This document shows positions 52,101 through 61,100 of a stretch of DNA of 64,000 nucleotides, in pieces. This DNA is from Podarcis pityusensis (taxonomy: Eukaryota): the NCBI GenBank assembly GCA_964106645.2, contig OZ067038.1; one strand, 5' to 3'. The translations under genes were made by a program, and so were the position numbers. How positions within the stretch are numbered: the first letter of the stretch is position 1; every line of letters begins with the position of its first letter. The notes below the pieces were generated by a model that saw nothing but the letters and a program-made list of their open reading frames with translations, was not told the origin of the DNA and did not search any database.

Positions 52101-55100
52101 CAGGGTTCAGGATCTCGATCATGGGCCTAATAACACCCCCTTCCTACTTCTTCCTAACCATTGCAAGTCCCCTGCTAGTTTAGTTCCATTCTGCTTTTGT
52201 AGTCCATCAGCCGCAGCTAGCTTTCTAAGGGATCTAGGGGGGAAATGCATGTCAATCCCCATAATATACCATACTTAAAATCTTCTATTCCTTGAAGAAG
52301 CTCAGGATAGCATACAAAGAGTTATCCCATTTCCCCAATAAACAATCCTGTCAAGTAGGATAGGCCTAGTAACTTCATGGCTGAGCAGGGATGGAACTGG
52401 GTCCAAGTCCAACATGCTATCCACTATATGACTTCCATTAGTTTTCTTCTGACTGGAGTAGACATATATGGAAATATGTGTTACTCCGGAAAAGGAACTA
52501 CCTGGGAATAAGAACATATATTCTGAAGGTTACCTTACTTGGTATACGCGAAAAGTTGTTGTTTTCATCCAAAGCCTTCACAAAATAAATAGGCAGTCAT
52601 AGAAATCATTACATTTACATTTTTGTGGTGTCAAATTAGGTTTTGAAACATTAAAATTGAACCAAGTTTTTCCCATTTTAAAACATAATTTCCTGACCAA
52701 GAAGACATGTTAAAGTTGGAAATTGTTTCTTTAATACTGTTCTTCACATTTATTCCTTTTGGTGCATATTTATGAGCCTATATTATTACAGGTCTGGAAA
52801 GTAGCACCCATGTTTGTTTTATTTCAGGCATTGAACCTACAGCTGATCTTCGAATTCTATCATCCACTGTAAAGACACATACAACGTCTGGGGCTCATCA
52901 AACTTCTGCAATAATGCTGAGTAAAGAACTAACTTTATCTCCTAGGCCAATATCAAAGGACAGAGAAACAACACAGGCATTCAAGTGGCAATTTACTCCA
53001 ACTAAATTTTCTTCTCTTTTGTTGCCAAATATTACAGTTTTAGCCATATCTGCAACATCAAATGCTTCAACATATTCAGCTTTTGGTACCAGCTCAATGC
53101 CAGTAGTTTCACACCCAGTATCTGATATTAGCCTCCCTTTTGCTGTTCCTCCACCTACAACTGTGGCAGTTACGGAGTCTTTGCCTGGTAAACAGACAAT
53201 TAGTACAACAGTCCCTTCTATATCTATAGCAACTGAATCAAAAATTAAATTAATTTCTACTTCACCTATTATTGTGCTGCCATCAATGCTTACAGTTGCT
53301 AAATCACCAGCCATAACTAAAATAGCACTAGATAAAAAAGTAACAGGTGCTCAACTCCCCCCAACAGAGGAAACAGAAAGAGAACTTGAAGGTATTACAG
53401 AAGGCAAGATTTCTTCAACACCAAAGACGGAAAGAACAAGTCAATTTTTTACCAAAGCCCCATTGCCATCTTTGGAAATGTCTTCCTATGCCCCCACAGT
53501 GAATCAAACAACAGACAGAACAATGCTGGGTGTAAGTCAACTGACTGTAACAGATGCAAATATCACTGTAGCTCCGTTTTCTACTTTATCTACTGTTTTA
53601 TCAACAGTAAGGCCTGTTGGAAAGCCAATTCCTTCAGAAACAACAAAAACAACAGTTGCTTTAATCAAAGAAGGAGTTAAAACCACATTTATTACAGTAC
53701 CTCCAGCACTAACGCAACCCACCACCACAGTCCCGACACATACAAGTGGTTTTCCAGTTTCTACTGTTAAAAAGGAAATAGCACAAACAACATCAAGCAT
53801 TATGCACCCCCCAAGTACTTTTTCTCATTTATATTCAGCTACGACTCTAAGACGTAGTACTTCTGGCAAACTAACTGGAGTGCCTGGTACAACTTCGCCA
53901 ACTTTAATAGACTCAAAAGAATTTTTAGAGACAGGATTGACAAGTGCATATTCACCATTTATTCAACCAAATGTGACAGAAGCAATGACTGTTCTGTATA
54001 CCCAGTATCCCACTTCATCACACGCTATGACAGTTACACCCCTCTCTACCAAAATAAGTTCTAAAATGACGGTTCTGCCAGAATCAGTCGCCGATAAAAC
54101 ATCAACAGAATACAGAACACCTTCGTCCCTGGAAACTACAAAAGTGAGTGTTGTACCTTATTCTGTTGGTGTGACAAAAGTGGAAACAGCAAAATCTGAT
54201 TTGACAAAGGAAGCCGCAGCTATGGGTGTCCTAGTTCCATTGGTAACTAAAAAAATTGAACCAGTTCAAACAACTGAATTTCTGTATCCTATGACTGATA
54301 CAGAAAGAGTGAAATTGTACCCTGGAACAGCAGAGTCAGAAAAGGCCACTGCAGAGTCAGAAAAAACCACTACAAAAAAACCTTCCATTATTTTGCTTCC
54401 AGTGTCCATTTCTACAGCAAAGAGTCCGATGGCATCATCACCTGAAGTGCGAGTTACCAGTGCTGATACTCACCTTCCAATAACAGCAAAGACTACATCA
54501 TTTTTTTCAGAGTTTCCTCTTACTACAAAGCTGCTAAGCACAGTTGCTCCAGAATTGACAATAACAGAAGCTTTAGGTGCCACTGATGCTACTATACTGC
54601 CATACTCTGAACTGAGCAGCCAACCATCAACCTTTAAAGAAGTAGCATCAACCAAAGTAGTATCAACCCTCTCTTCCTCTATTGCTCTTCCTCTAACAAC
54701 ACTTCCAACCACACTTTACCTGGCAGAAAAAACAGTTCTCCCATTAACACATAAAATACCTGAAACAGCAGCCACTGCAGGGCAGCTAATTGAGATAACA
54801 CAACCATCCATAACTTCCAAGGCTACTTCATCTGTTCCTACTTCTCCAGTGGAAAGGTTTTCTTCCCGTATGAAAGAAGAATCCACTGTTCCACATTTTA
54901 TCCCCCAAACGACAGGAAAACTTGATTATTCACCACCTTCTAAAGATTACTTAACAACCAAGGGAAGTACTGCAGCCTATCATTTTCCAGTTGAACTGCT
55001 GAGAACAAGTATCCACCCCCAAATTGTTTTTAGTACAACAGAGTCAGCAACCAAATTTGCAGTGCCCTCCACATTCCAAAGTACTCCACTACCAGGGATT

Positions 55101-58100
55101 CCTCTTTCTACTGTATCACTCACTTCAGTGCTTTCACCAGAAGTTCCTTTAACAAGTGAAAAAAAAGTAACCCAAACAGGTTTTTTGCCATTGTCTACAA
55201 TAAAAGAAGTAGTGGAGTTATTTCCTACTGAAAAGTCAAAACTTGAGCTCCCGACCACAAAGAAAGCACTGTCTCCTTCTCAAACACTTACAGCATCTAG
55301 TACTTTATTTCATGAATCAGAACCAGCATCTCCTTCATTGTTTATACTGGAAGTACCAGAAACCTCAGCTGTGAGTCCAACAGACTCACAAGAGGTGGCA
55401 TTTTTAACACCAATACAATCAACAGCGTTTACATCTATGAGCAAAAGTGCCACAGAGAAGATTTCTGTTTTGTCTAAGCAAGTGCCACTTTCTACCATTT
55501 CTTTCAGTTCCACACTCCCTGCGTCTAGAGTGACACCAGCTACCCCACATTTAACAACTACGACTGAGTCAGCACCGCTTGGGATCAGTGGTCTCACAAC
55601 ACGGAGTGTCACTAAATCATTAGCAGAAAAGACAGCAGGGATAAAAGAATTCATGACAACATCCTTATTTTCAGTGCCCTCCATTGCTTTAGAAACAAAG
55701 AGCATCACATTGTCAGAGACTGATGGGCAATTAGTGGTTACAAAGCTTCCTGTATCACGTCCGCTCGCTGAACATTCATCTACCTCTCCAGCTTCACTTG
55801 GTTCTACTGTCCTAACTACAATAGCCAAAGAACCATCTGTCATGGAGATGTCCACACCTTCATCAAGTTCTTTGTTGATACCACCACTACCTCCAAATGC
55901 TACAGGAGTCAGACCAGTTCCCGCATATTTATCAGGATTAACCACTGTTGAAATGGTCTCAGGAGTTACAGCAGCAGCTTTCATGCCATCTAAAGAAACA
56001 GCAACACCGCCAACATGTGTAGTGAGTACCATAGATAATTCCCCCCCCCCCAACCATATGAGTGATTTCTGTATCATATATATAACTCGTGGATCTCATT
56101 TACTGATGGATATGAAATGAAGGTGGCTTGGTTCCTAACTGCTCATGGAGTGACATATTTTTGCCTCTTTATCTCACTTTGTGACATGAAATTCATCTCA
56201 TCACAGTGGCCTGCATTGTGGTATAGAGATGGAGAACTTTCAACAATATTCCGGGACATACATATGCTTGTAGAATGTACGTTACATTTAAGAAGTCAAA
56301 GATTTAGCTCAGATTATAAAATTCACTACCCCCCCACTAATCCAGAAGTTGCTTTGTATGTTTCAAAAATAATTTGCAAGATATAATTACAGATTCTAGT
56401 TATCATTAAGAATTGATACATTGATAAGCTAATCTATTAGGGCCATACTTGCCACTAATCTGTATTTAGCAGAACATCTTTCTTTTCTTTTCTTTTAAAA
56501 AGCCCTCACTATGCTATATGATATTCTAGCCATTATTGTCACATTATTCTCCAGGTTCAATTAATTTTGAAAGGTAGTTGTGTATAGTGTGAGAAAATCT
56601 GACTGTTGTTTTCTCTGATTCAGCAGTTAACATGTATGGCCAACACTCATAAGTGTCAATTAGCACAACCAAAGTTTATTACATCACATTGAGCTTATAA
56701 AGTTGTCAAATGCTTTAATTCTAGATATTTTACAGACCATCTCCTCTACTGCATGATCTGCATCTCTTTGACCAGCCTCTTATTATTGCTCTCCACGTGT
56801 AAAATATTATTGATGAAAGAATGCAAATTATGTATTCTGAGTAGCTGAACCCCTGAGTAACTTTGGTCTTTAGACGCTTGTCCCAAATAGCAAGGCAACA
56901 TAATCCTTGAAATATGTCCATACTCTCAAATTTATAATGTTTCATGACTATCCTCAGTTTCCAGTTTTTCCTTTTTATTATATTGATTCATTGCATTTAT
57001 CTGTGTGCCATTTGAAAGATTTCATGTTTCTGCTTTTTAATGGTACTACAAGAATTGACTTTAAAAGGGCATTCAGTAGTTTGGTATACTGAACTTCTTG
57101 TTTTCAGTGAATATTTATTTATTGAATATCACCTTATTTTGATAAGAATAGTAACCTATGTTTTCTAAATATGTCTTAGCCAATCACAGAGAATGAGTGC
57201 ATAAAGCACATTTGCTTAGATGGACAACTAATCCAAGTTAACAAATCACAGAACTGTCCATACAATGCGACACAACCCAGCTGTGGATTTCTTGGATTTG
57301 GTGTTCAGATTAATGGAGATAAATGCTGCCCCAAGTGGGAATGTGCATGTAAGTTTTATCCATAATGTATTTATTTTAAAATTGCATTACTTTGATAGTT
57401 TGATTACGCTAAAACATTTGTGTAAATGGAACAAATAGTGAGATTTATATATGGGCCTATTAATTGCTGACATGATGCAGACAGAAAATATTTTTAAGTA
57501 TCAATTTCATAAAAAGAAATAAGCATGATCATCTACCGCAGTACACTAAAGAAGCAGACTAAAAAGCAGAATGACTTATGTGGGATGCTGTAAATCCAAA
57601 GAACGAGAGAATAGTCACGATCCCATTACAGCAAAATATTTGTTTCCAAGGACAAGCAATAGATTTATTTATTTTTTAGGACAGAACACCAGCAGCAAAA
57701 CATGCGACCCTTAATGCCTGTAAATACAAAAATTGTTGAAAGATCCTTTTTCAGAAGAACTAGTTCAGATTCATCTGTTATGGAGAGGCTTCACACAATT
57801 TATGTAATGGGTTGGATCCAGAGTGTCCAGGAGCGAGTCTCACTCCTGTTTGAGCGATGTGTTTCGCTAAGTTTACTACAATATATTCTATGTGGGGTTT
57901 CCCTTGTACTTGAGCCAGAAGCTGCAGTTAGTGCAGAATATTGCAGCATGAGAGGTCTTGTCAGCATATAACACCTGGGATCAGAGATTTGCACGGGTTG
58001 CTAATTTGCTACCTGAGTCCAAAGTGTTACTATTAGCACACAAAGCCCTTAACAACTTACCTACAAGATTGCCTTACCCCACATGTGCCTCCTTGAGCAA

Positions 58101-61100
58101 TTGGCAGAACTGGCACTACAACAGGTGCCAAATAATACCCATTCCGCATCTGTAAGTATTCGGTTGTTTAGTGTGGCATCACCTGCACTTTGGAACTCAC
58201 TGCCTATTGAGATCCAGCAGGCACCTTCACTGTACTCTTTTTGGCACCTGCAAAGAAAGGGTTGTTCTTTAGACAAGCCTATCTAGATGCTTAGCAAGTT
58301 GAGGTGATTTTAATATGTTTTAGGATTTTAACTTCTGTATGCTTTAAAGCAGGCAAGCCAAACTTGGCCCTCCATCTGTTTTGGGACTACAACTTCCATC
58401 ATCCTTAGCTAACAGGACCAGTGGTCAGGAATGATGGGAATTTGGCCATGCCTGCTTTAAAGTATGGTTGTGATTTTTTTCTATATTTTATTGTTTCATC
58501 TTTTTTCAAATCACTTTGAGGTTTTTACAATCAAGCAGTGTATAAATGTTATGAAATAAATACATAATGAATAAGTTAAATCATTGATTTCAAGGGTCTG
58601 CTTTGACTTCATTGCAGTTAATCCTTTATATGTTAACGACCTATATCTAACATAAAGGAACTAAGCAAGCTATTTTAATGACTTAGATTCAGTTTATAGT
58701 GCTTGATAGTTAGCTTTTTATTTCATAAAATAAGTTAAATAAGTCCTTATTTTGTTTGATCAGGTCGATGTACACTCTTCTCTGATCTGAGCTTTATCAC
58801 CTTTGATGGGCACCATTTGGCTTTATTTAAGGAAGCATCCTATGTCATCAGCCAAACTCAAGATGAAACTATAAGCATCCACATCAGTGACTGCAGCAAG
58901 ATTCATATGGTAATGGGCCTTGTGGAATTTTGTTGTTTATTGAGTATGTCAAGGATCATAAACAAGTGCAGTTATGCTGCTGCATATAAAAGTATGCAAT
59001 TTTTTGCTGTTTCGCATTAATGCAGGCATAGGCAGACTCAGCCCTCCAGATGTTTTGCGACTACAACTCCCATCATTCCTAGCTAACAGGACCAGTGGTC
59101 AGGGATGATGGGAATTGTAGTCACAAAACATCTGGAGGGCCGAGTTTGCCTATGTCTGCATTAATGCAATGTGACTGATGACATTGTTTTCTGTATTCTT
59201 ATAGAAACCTTAAATGTCACACTCAATTGATGGTTTATGTAACTAGCTATATGGACCTCTCATCATCCTCAAGGCTGTAGAATATAGGAGCTTTGAGGGT
59301 GGGAACTGCTTAGTTTGGCATTTTCCAGCTCTTTAAATGTTTAAACCTATTCTAAAAAAGCAGAGGGTAGAATTATCTGGGGGAAGATTTTCTACTGAGT
59401 ATATGTATAGTATATGTATGTTGCATTTAACCATGGAATAAGCTGACGTGTTATTTTGATTTGGTTCTTATCTTCATTCAGGGCATTTTAACCTCTACTA
59501 AGCTGTGCCTGGCAATGTTAAATTTAACATATATGTCTAACCAGATTACCATTGACCGCTTAAACAGAAAGGTAAAGTTTATTTCTTCTGTTATAATTCT
59601 CATTCAAGTATCCTATTTTAGATTCCTAGAATTTACATGCATGTAGCTTTGTTGAGAATTGCGACTCTAGTAATAGAACTGATACTTTTCAAGAGGAGGA
59701 CACATGTAACAGCCTTTTATTATTTGCATTCTGCATATGCAGTAAAACTGGAACAGGTCTAGTATTTTTTGTGCTGTTCATATTGATTTTCTGCTTCCTG
59801 TACTACATTTTTAGAGATGATATTCCTTATGATCTTGTGAAGCAGCTTCTGAGAAGTTCATCTCATGTTGGCTCCAAAGAAATCACACATTTATTCACCC
59901 AGTGTCCTGAAGGCATTAGACCATGGGTAGGAAACCTCAGGCCTAGGAGCCAGATATGGTCCTCAGTGCCTTTTGATATGGCCCTTGAGTCTTTACCAAG
60001 TCACACTTGGTAAGTTTCTGCCAGGTCACACCAGGTCATCGTCTGGCCTGTCCTCTAGTGATTTTCATACTCCGCAAGTGTCTCAGAAAAACTGAGACAT
60101 CCTGTTTCTTATTGTGAGAGGATGGCAGCCATTTTGGTTGCCATGATATTGTGTTATTTCTCTCCCCAATAGGTGCTTTGGGGGGACCATGATCTAATGC
60201 GGCACCCCAAAACACATGCCCCATGGCATGAAATTGGGCGAGATCATGGCAACCAAAATGACCACCATGCTCTCATGATAGAAAACAGGAAGATGGCATC
60301 CGGGAAGATGGTGTCCTGGATTTTGGCTTCAAAGTGTTGGAGGGCATGGATTTTATCTGCCTGTAATGTGTCCTTAAATATGATAATTCTTCTTGTTTGC
60401 CTGGATGGAAGATGGAGAGTGGTGTGTGTCTGGCTATAACCCCTTTTGGCACACCTACCACTGTAGTAATAATAATAATAATAATAATAACAATAATCAT
60501 AATTATTTATTTATTTATTACTTACTTATACCCCGCCCATCTGGCTAGGTTTCCTCAGCCACTCTGGGCGGCTTCCAACAGTAGATTAAAAATACATTAT
60601 GTGATCCCTGGAAAGTTGCTCCTCAGGGAATGTGGCACTTTCACTGCAAAAGTTTTCATCCCTGCACAGATTGGAGGCCTGACCCACCACTCAAATGCAA
60701 CACATGTGTTGATTTGATTTTGCCATCTAGTTTGGACTGCAGAAGGGACGCGGGTGGCGCTGTGGGTAAAACCTCAGTGCCTAGGACTTGCCGATCGCAT
60801 GGTCGGCGGTTTGAATCCCCGCGGCGGGGTGAGCTCCCGTCGTTCGGTCCCAGCTCCTGCCCACCTAGCAGTTCAAAAGCACCCCTAAGTGCAAGTAGAT
60901 ACTGTAAATAGGTACCGCTTTATAGCGGGAAGGTAAACGGCGTTTCTGTGTGGGGCGCTGGTGCTGGCTCGCCAGAGCAGCTTCGTCACGCTGTCCACGT
61001 GACCCGGAAGTGTCTGCGGACAGTGCTGGCCCCCAGCCTCTTAAGTGAGATGGGTGCACAACCCTAGAGTCGGACACGACTGGCCCGTACAGGCAGGGGT

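Noticed and set aside
52898-56077. Long antisense ORFs (e.g. 55310..56077, 52898..53314) as a separate gene
   Set aside because: They are V/G/S-rich shadows of the T/S/P codons of the OTOG mucin exon, with no independent signals.
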